Shown here piece by piece: positions 1 to 12,900 of a DNA stretch of 64,000 nt. Origin of the DNA: Euglena gracilis (lineage: Eukaryota). The stretch spans positions 8,868,634-8,932,633 of the forward strand of contig CP154954.1 in NCBI GenBank assembly GCA_039621445.1, in the 5' to 3' direction. The position numbers were made by a program, and so were the translations under genes. The notes beneath the pieces are model-generated. The model was not told where the DNA came from and made no database searches. It was given only the letters and a program-made list of their open reading frames with translations. Position 1 is the stretch's first letter; each line of letters starts with the position of its first letter.

Positions 1-329
1 AGCATTGGTGCAAGGGGTCCCTGGCCACTCACCACACAGCAAACTGGGCCAGAAGCGAAGTCCCCACAGGCCATGAACAGACAAGAAGCCCCAGTGCAAC
101 TAAGGGGGGGTGGTCGGCAGGCACTCCAATTCCGAGGAAGGCCCAGGCATTCCAGGGTACCCCGAGACCCCCTCCCCGGGGGTTGGTCAAATTTCAGCCT
201 CGGGAGGGGGGTATGCCTGAGCTCACCAGAGAGTTTTTTAGGGTTGTTGACGTTCTTTTTTCCGAATGCAGCACCAAAAGATTTTACCCCCGAAATTCAC
301 CCCCACAAAAAGCAATGGCTGCCCCTCCC

Positions 330-476
330 CAGGGACTGTGCGGGAATCCCCGAAACCCTCAGGGTGCTGGGTGGGAGGTCGACCCCCCACCCCAGCTGTA
401 CAGGAAGACCTGGTGGTGGGGGTCAACCCTCCCCACCCTCCAACCTTGGGGTTGTGGAGATTCCTGTACAGCCCTG
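330..476. mobile_element. MITE, CAGGG(A)CTGT family, degenerate 8-bp TSD
   Basis: CAGGGACTGTGCGGGAATCCCC ... GGAGATTCCTGTACAGCCCTG; flanks CCCCTCCC / CACCACCC. A related copy lies near 51984-52215. Confidence 0.65.
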
Positions 477-742
477 CACCACCCCCATCCTGGTGGGGGT
501 CGGATTCCCCGCTTTCCTGTATTTCTGGGGGGGGTTGATTTTTAGGTCAAAATTTTCCCTGCGCAGAGTTGTGGGGTGGGGGAGTCGACCGGCCCCCACC
601 CACCTTCTGGGTGGGGGGGACCTTCGCCCCAGGCACCCCCCCGGGGTGGGGTCGGCACCACCTTTTAAAAAAAACAGCCTGGTCACGGGGGTGAACTGGG
701 TGGAAGTTGCAAAAGGAAGCAACAAAAGTACACCCAAATAAA

Positions 743-1425
<683 letters not shown>

Positions 1426-1573
1426 CCTCCCTTCCCCTGTGTGCCCCGTGTTGGCTGTGCCCCCCCCCCCACCAAGGAGTGGGTGGGTTGGCCAAACCCC
1501 CCCACGAGGTCACAAAAAAAAAATCTGCCCCCCCCCCCACATAAACCAGGCATTCGCAGCCAGCCCTGGACCC

Positions 1574-4500
1574 AAAGGAGCAGCGGGGCAGGGACCGGGA
1601 CGCGGAGGAGTTTGTGGAGCAGCTGCAGATCGAGAACCGGACCGTGAAGGTTGCCCCCCCCCCCCGACCCCACTGGGGTGCTCCAAACCACACCTTTGGA
1701 GTGGCGCCCCCCTGTGAGGGTCAGGGTACCCCCCCTCCCCTTTGTGCAACGACCACCCCTTTATAATGACCACCCCCCGGTCACAGGTTGCAGGTGGGGG
1801 GTTACAGTAGGAGGAGGTTCGAGCTCGAACGTTCGAGCTCGAACCTCCTCGAACGTTTTTAACCCCCCCCTTCAAAGGGGGGGGGGGCTTAAAAACGTTC
1901 GAGGTCCCTCCTCGAACGTCCTCGAACGACATTCGAGGAGGGTCTCGAACCTCCTCGAACGTCCTCGAACGACGTTCGAGGAGGGTCTCGAACCTCCTCG
2001 AACGTCCTCGAACGACGTTCGAGGAGGGTCTCGAACCTCCTCGAACGTCCTCGAACGATGTTCGAGGAGGGTCTCGAACCTCCTCGAACGACCTCGAACG
2101 ACATTCGAGGAGGGACCTCGAACCTCCTCGAACGTCCTCGAACGACATTCGAGGAGGTTCGAGACCCTCCTCCTGCGTACATGCATACAACTTTCAACGA
2201 TTTTTTTCAGAAACGACCACCCCAAGCAGGCGAGACTATTCCCTCTCGATATGTGATTGGGTTGGTAATTTGAACTTTCAAATCCCCCCCCCCCCCGAAC
2301 CCTATCGAAATCTCCCCTCCTCGACGCAACTCCCATCGAACGCTCGAACTTCGTCTATTATTAAACCTCGCCAATCCTCCACCGCCGAATTCGGGTAGGT
2401 AACCCCCAGAACCTCCTCGACCTTCGAGGTCCCCCCTCCTCGAACGTCCCCGATCCGGTTCGACGCCTACCAAACTGTTCCTCACCCGACACATATCGAG
2501 GTTTGGGAAAACCCTCCGCGTCGTATCCTCACACAGCTAGTTCACCCCCTCCTCGAACACTCCAATAAGTCCAATCCCCCCTCGACGGGATGACATTTGT
2601 GAGGTATGCTTTCTGCTGTTGGTAACGTTTTTTTCCAATCTTTTTTAAAATCAAAATCAAATATTCCCCCAGTCTCGATTCCCTCGAACAATACAAGAAT
2701 AGGTTATCGGATAAATGTTCATCGATAATCCTCGCCACCCCGCGCTTCCTCAGTCAGAAAGCATTTTATAAATAACACCATCCTTCTTTTTTTCACATAT
2801 GGCATTCTTGTAACTCATTTCGGGAAACCCACGCAGGGTCCAAGAAGAAAATCTTTTTTTCATATTTTCCTTACGCAGGAATGCACTCAGTCGATAGTAT
2901 TTCTGTTCAAAAATATTCCCATACCAAGAGAATTTCTGAGGTTATTAGAAGGAATAGGGTTAGGGTCAAGATTTCATCCCCAATGGTTGCAACCATCCCG
3001 CTCCTCGTTGCTATATTTCCCTCTACAGGGTACACAGCGAACCCAAAGAGTCGCCCAACTAGGGTTAAAAACATGGGGGGACCCGAGCGTTTTAAAAGAA
3101 ACATATTTTTTATTACGCAGGAATGCACTGATTCTTCAACTTTTTTTTCAAAAATATTCCCATACCGGGAGAATTTGTGAGGTTAATAGAAGGAATACGG
3201 TTAGGGTCAGGTTTAGGGTTAGAAAATTATTTTTTACTTACGCAGGACTGCACTCATTCAAAAGTATTTTCATTCAAAAATATTCCCAACGTCCTCGAAC
3301 GACCTCGAACGATATTCGAGGAGGGTCTCGAACGTCCTCGAACGACCTCGAACGACGTTCGAGGAGGGACCTCGAACCTCCTCGAACGTCCTCGAACGAC
3401 GTCCGAGGAGGGTCTCGAACCTCCTCGAACGTCCTCGAACGATGTTCGAGGAGGGTCTCGAACCTCCTCGAACGACCTCGAACGATGTTCGAGGAGGGTC
3501 TCGAACCTCCTCGAACCTCCTCGAACGACGTTCGAGGAGGGTCTCGAACCTCCTTGAACGTCCTCGATCGATGTTCGAGGAGGGTCTCGAACCTCCTCGA
3601 ACGACCTCGAACGACATTCGAGGAGGGACCTCGAACCTCCTCGAACGTCCTCGAACGACATTCGAGGAGGTTCGAGACCCTCCTCCTGCGTACATGCATA
3701 CAACTTTCAACGATTTTTTTCAGAAACGACCACCCAAGCAGGCGAGACTTATTCCCTCTCGATATGTGATTGGGTTGGTAATTTGAACTTTTCAAATCCC
3801 CCCCCGTCGCCCCCTACTCGGGCAATTTTTCCTTACGCAGGAATGCACTCATTCAAAAGTATTTCTGTTCAAAAATATTCCCATACCAAGAGAATTTCTG
3901 AGGTTATTAGAAGGAATAGGGTTAGGGTCAAGATTTCATCCCCAATGGTTGCAACCATCCCGCTCCTCGTTGCTATATTTCCCTCTACAGGGTACACAGC
4001 GAACCCAAAGAGTCGCCCAACTAGGGTTAAAAACTCGGGGGGACACTCGCTCGGCGCCTTCGGCGCCTCGCTCGGGTCCCCATGTGTATTAACCCTAGTT
4101 GGTCGACTCTTTGGGGTAGCTGGTACCCTGTAGGGGGAAATTTTCCACGCATTGTAAAAGAAACATTTTTTTTCTTTTGCAGAACGCACTGGCTCTTCAA
4201 CTTTTTTTCCAGAAATATTTCCATCCCGAGAGAATTTCTGAGGTTATTAGAAGGAATAGGGTTAGGGTTAAGATTTTATCGCGAATGGTTGCCAACCATC
4301 CCGCTCTTCGTCAGTGGCAGAGTTTAAAAGGAACATATTGTTGAGCTGTTTTGTAAGTTGCAAGTCCATGGTTCGTTGTTCTTGATTCTGCTTGTTCCTT
4401 TTTGTCTTTCAGTGGCACGATCCGGAAGAAAGCAAAGACAGGGGAAGAGAGAGAGGATTTTGTTTCATCTGTTTTTGCTTTCAGTGGCAGAATTTAAAAG

Positions 4501-7401
4501 GAACATATTTTTCCTTACGCAGGAATGCACTCATTCAAAAGTATTTCTATTCAAAAATATTCCCATACCAAGAGAATTTCTGAGGTTATTAGAAGGAATA
4601 GGGTTAGGGTCAAGATTTCCTCCCCAATGGTTGCAACCATCCCGCTCATCGTTGCTATATTTCCCTCTACAGGGTACACAGCGAACCCAAAGAGTCGCCC
4701 AACTAGGGTTAAAAACATGGGGGAACCCGAGCGTTTTAAAAGAAACATATTTTTTCTTACGCAGGAATGCACTGATTCTTCAACTTTTTTTTCAAAAATA
4801 TTCCCATACCGGGAGAATTTGTGAGGTTAATAGAAGGAATACGGTTAGGGTCAGGTTTAGGGTTAGAAAATTATTTTTTACTTACGCAGGACTGCACTCA
4901 TTCAAAAGTATTTTCATTCAAAAATATTCCCAACGTCCTCGAACGACCTCGAACGATATTCGAGGAGGGTCTCGAACGTCCTCGAACGACCTCGAACGAC
5001 GTTCGAGGAGGGACCTCGAACCTCCTCGAACGTCCTCGAACGACGTCCGAGGAGGGTCTCGAACCTCCTCGAACGTCCTCGAACGATGTTCGAGGAGGGT
5101 CTCGAACCTCCTCGAACGACCTCGAACGATGTTCGAGGAGGGTCTCGAACCTCCTCGAACCTCCTCGAACGACGTTCGAGGAGGGTCTCGAACCTCCTTG
5201 AACGTCCTCGATCGATGTTCGAGGAGGGTCTCGAACCTCCTCGAATGTCGTTCGAGGAGGTTCGAGGAGGTTCGAGACCCTCCTCCTACGGTCCATCCCA
5301 CTACCGTAACCCTCCCGGTTGCAGGTAATGGGGGGTGTACGACCACCCCCCCTGGTCACAGGTTGCAGGTTGCAAAAAAGATTTTTTGTCGGTTTTACCA
5401 AGCGGTAGATTTCCCACCTCCCCCGCTGCAGGATTTTTTCTGCTATGTTCCTCCCCCCCGGCAACGTCAGAGCCAGATCCCAAAAAGGTGGTGTTGTTTG
5501 CAAAAGCAACACGTGGAATTTGGGTTTGGCACACGTTTTCAACAGGAACCTTTACCTGACAAAGGATCTGATCGATGGGGATTTGTCCTGAAAATTGTTG
5601 TATCACCGGAAGAAAAACTTCTATACCGTGCCCGCGGAATAGTGCCTGCCCCGCACCCCTTCGGTGTAGCATTTGCACAGCAGCCTTCTGGCGCTGTCGT
5701 TCATGACACCCCCTCAGGAGCTGTGTTTGGGCTGACCTCCTTTATGATTTTTTTCCGCTTTTCGCCGTGTGAGCCTTCGCCCCCTTTATAATGACCACCC
5801 CCCGGTCACAGGTTGCAGGTGATGGGGGCGTACGACCACCGCCCCCCCCTGGTCTTAGGTTGCAGGTAAATGGTCGTTGGACAAAGGGAGGGGGGGGGTA
5901 ATATGCAAAATGTGGGGTTCGAATGTTGCACGCTTTGCATCTTTTTTTTTTCTGGTATGAATAAAAGAATTGCATATATTCGCATACTCCACCCTCCCAA
6001 AACTTTCTTTTGCAACAACGAGATGGTGAATGGCGCCTGCCAACTTCCTGAAGCCTCCTGGGCAGTCTTTTCCTGTAATCTTTTTTCTAATTCTGTCCCC
6101 AGGCAATTTTGTTGATCTTTTTTGAATTTTGATGATCCTCAGATTGTTAATGATAATGATAATTATTATTAATTATGAAAATGTTTTTATCAGTTGTTAA
6201 GCAAATTTAATAATTTTCATTTTCAAATTTTCAAATTTAACAGTATGAAATGAGTTCCCCAAGAAGAACAGCTTCCCCCGATCAACCTCTGGCCTGTGTT
6301 TGTGCCCACAGGCGGAGAACGACCAGCTGAAGGCCATGCTGGCGCGCCTCACCACACAGCTGGAGCACTACGCCGCGCTGGCGAAGGCGTCCGAGATCCC
6401 CGACATGTTCACCCTGGGTGGCTGGGAGGGGAAGGGTCGACGCTGGGCCCCCCACAACCAGGAGCCAGGCTTGCTGTTGACTTCAGAGAGCACGTGGAGC
6501 TTTCTGGGAGACATCAGGGGGCGGACAAAATGGGCATTTTGTATTGCCTTTTTTGCCCTTTCTGCTGCCTTTTTTTTGCTGAAGTCAATCTCATGCATGC
6601 GCCGGGAACTTCTTGGTCACTCTTTTTTGCAGAAAGTGATGCCAGACGTTTTTCTGGCTCGGCTTTGGGGAAATACGTCTTATTTCCCCCCAAGAAGTGG
6701 TCACCCCCGTGAGGTTGTTGCGTAGCCCAGAAGGCCGCCCCCCAAAAGCACACAATTTTTTGCGCATTTTTCGTCGTTTTTGTGTGTTTTTGCAATAATA
6801 ATAAAAAACAGCACACCCCCCCACCCCGCATACAATCTGAACAAAAATTATAGGAAGCTGTTTTTTGGGGAAGCACCTCGCATATTCTTTTTTCCGAAAA
6901 TATTCTACCCACAATTTTCACCATTCCGGTTTTTGCTAATTTTTGTTCCCCTATGATTTTTGAATATTTTTTTCGTTGGGTCATTCCACTTGCAGGTCTT
7001 GTTCCCCCTGGCACCTCCTGATCAGCTCTAGCTTCTGTCTGTTCCGGCTCTGTGGTCCATGGTCCATTGCCCATGCCTCCACACGGGACCCAGCCCCCAC
7101 CCCCAGCCCTGTGCGGACTGGGCCAGGTGCTTCCATCCTTTCTGTGCAGGGCTGTGCTTTCGGTGCAGGTTTTAAGTCAGGGGGACGGTACCACTCTTTT
7201 GGGGCTTGGGCTTGTTTTTCTTTTGAGTTTGGAAAAAGCGCGGGCGGATTCAGTTCAATGGTGCAGGCCACACGTGTGCACGTGCGCACATACACATACA
7301 CACAGAACGCACACACGCACGCACGCACGCACGCACCGCGCGCACACACATACATACACACACACAACGCACACGCACGCACGCATACACGCACGCACGT
7401 G

Positions 7402-7482
<81 letters not shown>

Positions 7483-8257
7483 CGCACGTGCACGCACGCA
7501 CACACGCACTGCATCCACCCACCCACCCACACGGCCACAGCCAGTAATAATAAGGAACAAATATCCATCGCACCGAAATGAGGCGTGACGAGCCATCAGT
7601 GCCATCTGCGTGGATGGTGAGGTGGAACCGAGCCCTGTGCGGGACGGCCGGGAGCCGCGGTCCCCGCCGGACGCGGTGGTCGCCCGGCCCCGCGGCGGCG
7701 CGCCGCACCACGGCTGGCGGCTGTCGCCGCGCGCACGGTCGTACTCCCCGTCGAGCCGGCACTCGCTGTCCGGCGCGTCGGACCCGGTTGGGGGCCGGTG
7801 CGCCGCCCGAGTCGTCCTTCCGCGTACCTACCCCCCCCCCGAGAAATTGCCATGCCCGAGAACCAGTTAGGTATTGCCCAACCTGTGTCATCATTGGAAA
7901 TTGTCAGGTGCCTGGTCCCCGGTATATTGAATCTAGTGACAGGAGAGTTGTTTTCCTATTGTTGTGACGTTTTTGTCCAATAAATGAAATAATAAATGAG
8001 AATTTTGTTTGTTTGTTTGTTTTATGTTTTATATTATGTGAAATTTATTTATTTATTTCATTTTTATATCATTTGTTATATTTATTGTCATTTTGTTGAA
8101 GACCGGCCGGCCCATGGGGCAGCCCAGCCACCGGCCCCCAGCACCAGGGAGCGGCATCCTCAACTTCTGCACGCAGTGCGGCCGCCGCCTCAGCCCCAAC
8201 TCCTCTCTCTGCGCCCGCTGCAACACGATGCACCTCTTCCCCACCGGCTACCTCTGA
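1574..8257 (+). CDS. 3' part of a multi-exon gene: coiled-coil protein with Pro/Ser/Arg-rich linker and C-terminal CxxC-x10-CxxC zinc ribbon; 5' exons not identified
   Basis: Manual exons 1574-1649, 6312-6419, 7087-7120, 7614-7785, 8146-8257 join in frame: KEQRGRDRDAEEFVEQLQIENRTVK/AENDQLKAMLARLTTQLEHYAALAKASEIPDMFTLG/DPAPTPSPVRT/DGEVEPSPVRDGREPRSPP...SGASDP/GSGILNFCTQCGRRLSPNSSLCARCNTMHLFPTGYL*. Intron 1650-6311 is GT-AG. The other three have paired ends in the +4..+6/-8..-6 register (TGG/CCA, CAG/CTG, TGG/CCA; the last has a 14-bp stem). Confidence 0.7.
1729..5898. mobile_element. TA-flanked TIR element (GGTCACAGGTTGCAGG subterminal-repeat family) carrying a nested 3.5-kb insertion
   Basis: TA|CCCCCCCTCCCCTTTGTGCAACGACCA ... 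TGGTCGTTGGACAAAGGGAGGGGGGGGG|TA; shares subterminal repeats with 8546-8800 and 33847-34102. Confidence 0.7.
1810..5286. mobile_element. Nested composite element with TCGA-rich 43-bp satellite arms and internal duplications
   Basis: TA|GGAGGAGGTTCGAG ... CTCGAAC/GTTCGAGACCCTCCTCC|TA. Arrays of GAGGAGGGTCTCGAACCTCCTCGAACGTCCTCGAACGACGTTC lie at ~1900-2175, 3290-3685 and 4933-5286. The block ~2868-3600 is repeated at offset 1644 (~4512-5245), with a third partial copy at ~3828-4030. Confidence 0.7.
7285..7530. repeat. (CA)n/(CACG)n microsatellite
   Basis: Directly visible; another (CA)n tract at ~44771-44846. Confidence 0.95.
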
Positions 8258-8545
8258 CAACCCCTGCTCTCCTCCCCTCCCCCATCTTTTTGCTCATTGC
8301 ATTTTTTAAAACAGGCTGTTTTCTCAACTTCTGCCTTTGCAGTTTTTTTTGAGTATTTTATGTTTTTGTATTTTTCCTCTTTGCGGTGTTTTTTTCTTAA
8401 AAAAGAAATGCGTGAAGCGCCTTTTCCAGTCTTTTCTCTGCAGAGATTGCTTGTTGAAAAAGTGATTTTGTATTGGCCAATGATGGTTCAGGGGAGAATG
8501 CAGCCTGCCCCCACCATCTATCTTTTTGTGCTCCTTCTCCTTCCT

Positions 8546-8800
8546 CCCCCCCCCCCTAGTCGTACGACCACCCCTCATTTACGACCACCCCCCGGTCACA
8601 GGTTGCAGGTCATGGGGGTGTTATGACCACCCCCCCCCGGTCACAGGTTGCAGGTTGCGACAAATTTTACACCACCTTACCTATGACCGCCACCTCATTT
8701 ACGACCACCCCCCGGTCACAGGTTGCAGGTTATGGGGGTGTTATGACCCCCCCCCCGGTCACAGGTTGCAGGAACCCGGTCGTACGACTAGGGGGGGGGG
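8546..8800. mobile_element. MITE with TIR C(n)TAGTCGTACGACC and four internal GGTCACAGGTTGCAGG repeats
   Basis: Near-identical to 33847-34102; TA follows the right end. Confidence 0.8.
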
Positions 8801-9929
8801 TAATCCGAGGCCGAGGCTCTTCTTTCCGCTGCTGCCCTATTGCGTCCGGGGTCGGTCCCCCTGCCCTCCCCTTCTCAGCCACTGGCCCCCCGACGCCCTT
8901 CACCCGCAATACACGATTGGTCGCCACATTCCCAGCACCCCACCCGCCTGTGATCCGTTTCCTCTCTCTCCCCCCCATCCTCGCTGACCCCCCTTTTTAT
9001 GTGTAATCGACGATTTACTGAGCTGCACCTCCTTCCTGGTTCTGTTGCAGTTGGCCGACTTGAGGATGAGAGGTGTTGGCCGACCTAGACGGAGGCTGCT
9101 GAGATTCAAAAAAATAATATTTGATGGGGGAGTGTTGAGGAACTTTGCACGAATGCCCAGGTCATAATGAATGGAAAACAAGTGCAGATTACTGATGTGT
9201 TTTTTTAAACCTAAAGTGCATCTTTTCTTTCTTTCAACAGGAATTTTTTTGGAGGGCACCAAATGCTGTCCCGTGTCCACATTCCTTGACAAGGTGAGTG
9301 CTTTCTGCATCATCTGGCCGTCACCGGGACCTTAGTCGATTAACAATATAGTGATAATATATAACAATCATTTTTTGCAATTAAATGCAATAAGGTGAAC
9401 ATCAAGTGCATTTTCTGCTGATGCGCTGAAGAGGTGCAAAGGCGTTATATTTAGGCGGCGTAAATTGCCCAAAAGTTGTGGAAGGTTTGAAGTGGAATTT
9501 TTGGAAGGAGGAAGCGGAAAAACGCTTCGTCCGACCCCCCCCCAAAAATTAGCTTTTTTGGAAGAAGCCGTATTTGGGCTGTTTCTGCTGGTGTTTTGAC
9601 TTGGAGTAATGGATCTCTATAAGAGGCTGAAATGAGCGAAAAGGGGCATAAATGTTTCAGTAAAAACTGAAATTGGCAAAAAGTACACAAAATTTTCAGG
9701 TGAAGCGAAAAGGCGCTTCGTCACTGCCCAGTTCTACTGCACTCCGAGGCGCCGAAAACCAAAATGACCCAAAATGGGGTCTCACGAGGACAGAAAGAGG
9801 AGGGAAGCCACTTCCTTAAAATAGTAATAAAAGCAATAACCCATCATCAATCCCACCCACTGGCTCTGTTAAATCATCACCCTTTGAAGAAAAATGCAGT
9901 CCGTTTTAGGTCTTTGTTTTCTGAGTTCT

Positions 9930-9973
9930 GTAATTTCCTGCTCCTGCCCGCTCGCAGCTCCTCCCATCCAGCC
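9930..9973 (+). promoter_or_regulatory. Pyrimidine-rich tract with CAG acceptors just upstream of the MAPEG ATG; candidate spliced-leader trans-splice acceptor
   Basis: tttcctgctcctgcccgctcgCAGctcctcccatcCAGccATG. SL trans-splicing is established for Euglenozoa; use of this site is inferred. Confidence 0.4.
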
Positions 9974-12900
9974 ATGATTGCCATCCCCAATGACTTCGGG
10001 TACGTCGTGCTGACAATTTGTGCATCGTGGCCAGGGATTGGCGCCGTTCATGATGATGTATTCTATGTCGTGATGTATTCCATGTTGTGATGTATTCCAT
10101 GTTGTGATGTATTCCATGTTGTGATGCATTCCAATGTCATAATGTAATGCATGTTGTGACCCGGCTGAATTTTAAGACCAGTCCAAACCATGTGGGGAGA
10201 GGGGCCAATCTGGAGGACACTCGAATTTAACCCACAGGTGGTAGGGCACAAAATCGCAGTGTGGGTACTCAATGAGAAGGAAAAAGTGTCGATAGCCACA
10301 AAATGTCCACTTTTGGACCAATTTTCGATTACTTTCCTCTTTCTGAAATGAAATGTGGGAGCAGAAGCACCAAGGCACCTCCTGTTCGATGTTTATGTGC
10401 CGTTTCTTTTTAATATGCACTCATCCAGTTGTGTTTCATGTATTTCATGAATAATTTCCTGGTACGGCGGTTGCCAGAAGTTTCGGGTGTTTTCAGGGAT
10501 GTGGATCCCCCCAGCCAATTTGATGTGATGCAGTGCATCTCTGTTCAAAGTTACTAGTTGAACCTCTTCCCTGCCCCCCCCCCCCAACGCGTTGCCTCCT
10601 CCCGGAGGCTCTCGGCTTTCCTCCTTGCCGTTCAGGGGTGTTTTATTGTTGGACCCCTGGGGGAGGGGAGGGGAGGGGGCAGGGTGGGTGGGTCCCCCCG
10701 GACCCCCCCAGGGGAGGTACCTTTTTTGGCGCCGGAATCTTTTTTTGCATTTTCGTGGTTTCGCAGTGTCGAGAATGCCCCCCCCCCAAAAAGTGGGTGC
10801 CCCGAGAACCCCCAGGGGGTGGTGGAGGGACCCCCCCCTCCCCTCCCCCAGTTTAAAAACACCCTGTTCCCGTTGCATTAACCTTGAAACGGGTCAAGTG
10901 CCGGGGGGACCATGGACAGTGAAGATTTCCAGACACCTTTGGCAGTGCGTGTGCAGCAGTTCACCGTTTAATTTTGTCAATCGTCATTTCGTCGCCGCTG
11001 GAGGAAGGGCTCTCTTCCAAATGACTGAAAGTTCTCAAACCTGGGTTGAGTCCTCACCCCCCAACCCCCACTTGCACTTGTAGTGCAGCCGCCCTGACCC
11101 CCTTCCGGCGCCCCACTGCCGGAGGCTGATGAACTTCTACCTGGAGTCCCTCGTCATCATGGCCCGCAAAAAGTACCACGTGATGTACCCGGCCCTGTAC
11201 GCCGCGCAGGGCGCCGATTGTTGGCGCCCCCAGGCTCAGGCAGCGCGAACTGCCCAATTTTCCCCCTTTTCTGCGGGTTTGAGCCACGCGGGTTTCCACT
11301 CAGCCAACCCCGGCTGTTTGGGGTTGAAAGCCGGGGTGACAGCAGGAGGGAGGTGGCAGGACGGAGATTTCTTGACCCCACCGGTGGGCCATGGGGGGTC
11401 ATGGGCGGCACTCCCCCCACCCGTGGGTCAGTGCCGTCGCACACCCCCTGACCCGACAGCGGAGGGACCAAAAGGCCACTTTCAATTTGGGGAAATCGCC
11501 GGCAGACCCAGCCAGGCTCTGCCACAGGACGGAGATCTCTTGACCCCACCGGTGGGTCATGGGCCGCACTCCCCAGACCCGTGGGCTTTGTAGGGAGTGC
11601 CATCGCAAACCCTCTGGCCTGCACGCCCCCCCCCATTTTTCCCCCAGTGAACCAAATCTTGTGGTTACCCGCAGTGGGGATGCGGTACGCTGGGGGACGG
11701 CATCCACCCCCCCCCCTCAAACCTCCTCCGGTGCCCTGCCGCCGACAAGGACCACAAAGACCACGAGAAGTTCAACGCCGTGCAGCGGGCCCACCAGGGG
11801 CAGCCCGCGCCGGGCACATCCAGCACAAGTGTATACCCCCCCAATCCGAGTCACTTTTCCCCTTCTCGTCGCTGTTGTGACACCGACCCCTCCCCCGGAA
11901 CGCTGGCAGATTGGTCAGTACGGAGACCGGGACCGTTTTGGGGGGGGGGGAACCCGACAGGCTCCCGGGCATGGAGTTTTACCGGGAGACGGTCAGGATC
12001 ACCAGCGCCCCGTTTTTGGCCCGAAACCCATGCATTTTGGGTCATTTCGGGGTCAAAACAGCCGGAAAAAAAATCGAATCGAAATCGAACAAGATTTTTT
12101 TTTGCCCAGAACGATGTTTTTTTTTTTTTTTTTTTTTTTGGAGTTTTTTGTTTTTTTTTTTTTTTTTGTTTCTTTTTATTTTTTTGTTGTTTTCTTTTTT
12201 TTTTTTTTTTGTTTTTGTTTTTGGTTGTTTTTTGGCTTCCCCCGAGCCGCGAAAAAAACGGTTTTTGAGCCGAAAATGCGCGTTTTTCGACCCGCCAGCG
12301 CCCCATTTTCGGCCCCAGCGTACCTGGCCGGGCACAGCTTCCATCGGTCCTCAGCCGGGGCTGGGGCCAACACGCTGGAGTCGTGGGCCGCCGTGCAGAT
12401 TCTCATGCTGGTGGACGGGCTGGTGTTCCCCGGCGGGGGTGCCCTCTGCGCCTGCGCGGCACCCGGGGCCGTTTGGTGGCGGCTATTTGGGGCGAGGAAG
12501 GGAAACGGGGTTGTTTTTTTTGGTCTTGGACCCCCCGGGGGGGGGGGCAGGGTGGCTGGGTCTGGCCGAGCCCCCCGGGATCCCCTCCAGGGGGGGTGGG
12601 ACATATTTTTGCCAAAGGCACCGAAAATTTATGAAAAAGGTGTTTTTTTTAGCATTTTTCGCGATTTTTGGCCATTTTCGGGGACAAGTGAATGGGTCCC
12701 CCGGGACCCCTCCCCCGGGCCCCAGGGGGTGGGTGGGTGGGGGGACCCCCCCTCGGTCTTAAAACAACCCCTGAAGGGAAACAGTCTGCTCCCACTGGAC
12801 TGCAGTTTTGGGCTGCGTGCCGCAGCGGGGGAGCTTGGGACGCTGCTGCGTGGGGCGGGGCCGTGTTAGTGTGCACCCACCATCACCACAGCCCATGGGA

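Larger units (their letters stand above)
10029..11123 (+). other. Nonconventional (non GT-AG) intron 1 of the MAPEG gene
   Basis: GGC-CAG-GGATTGGCGCCG ... CGGCGCCCCA-CTG-CCGGA; removal restores TCG TGG CTG (S-W-L). Confidence 0.85.

Noticed and set aside
1900-5286. Palindromic repeat arrays resembling a CRISPR array
   Set aside because: Units are contiguous with no unique spacers, there are no cas genes, and the context is a eukaryotic intron.
5390-5745. Possible decayed transposase on the minus strand inside the TIR element; similar coding-like patch at 18160-18560
   Set aside because: Multiple stops and no identifiable DDE or HTH motif; a translated profile search would be needed.
4358-5791. 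477-aa ORF, the longest in the window
   Set aside because: It runs through duplicated blocks and stop-poor satellite; no recognisable domain.
12432-12493. Alternative 38-nt hairpin intron followed by a mini-exon RLVAAIWG
   Set aside because: The long-range 16-bp stem to 13144-13159 is stronger, fits the register and gives a complete MAPEG helix; no matching downstream junction was found for the mini-exon.
11559-12869. 436-aa ORF
   Set aside because: It spans poly-T and MITE sequence; only the NTLESW...VFP segment is a real exon.
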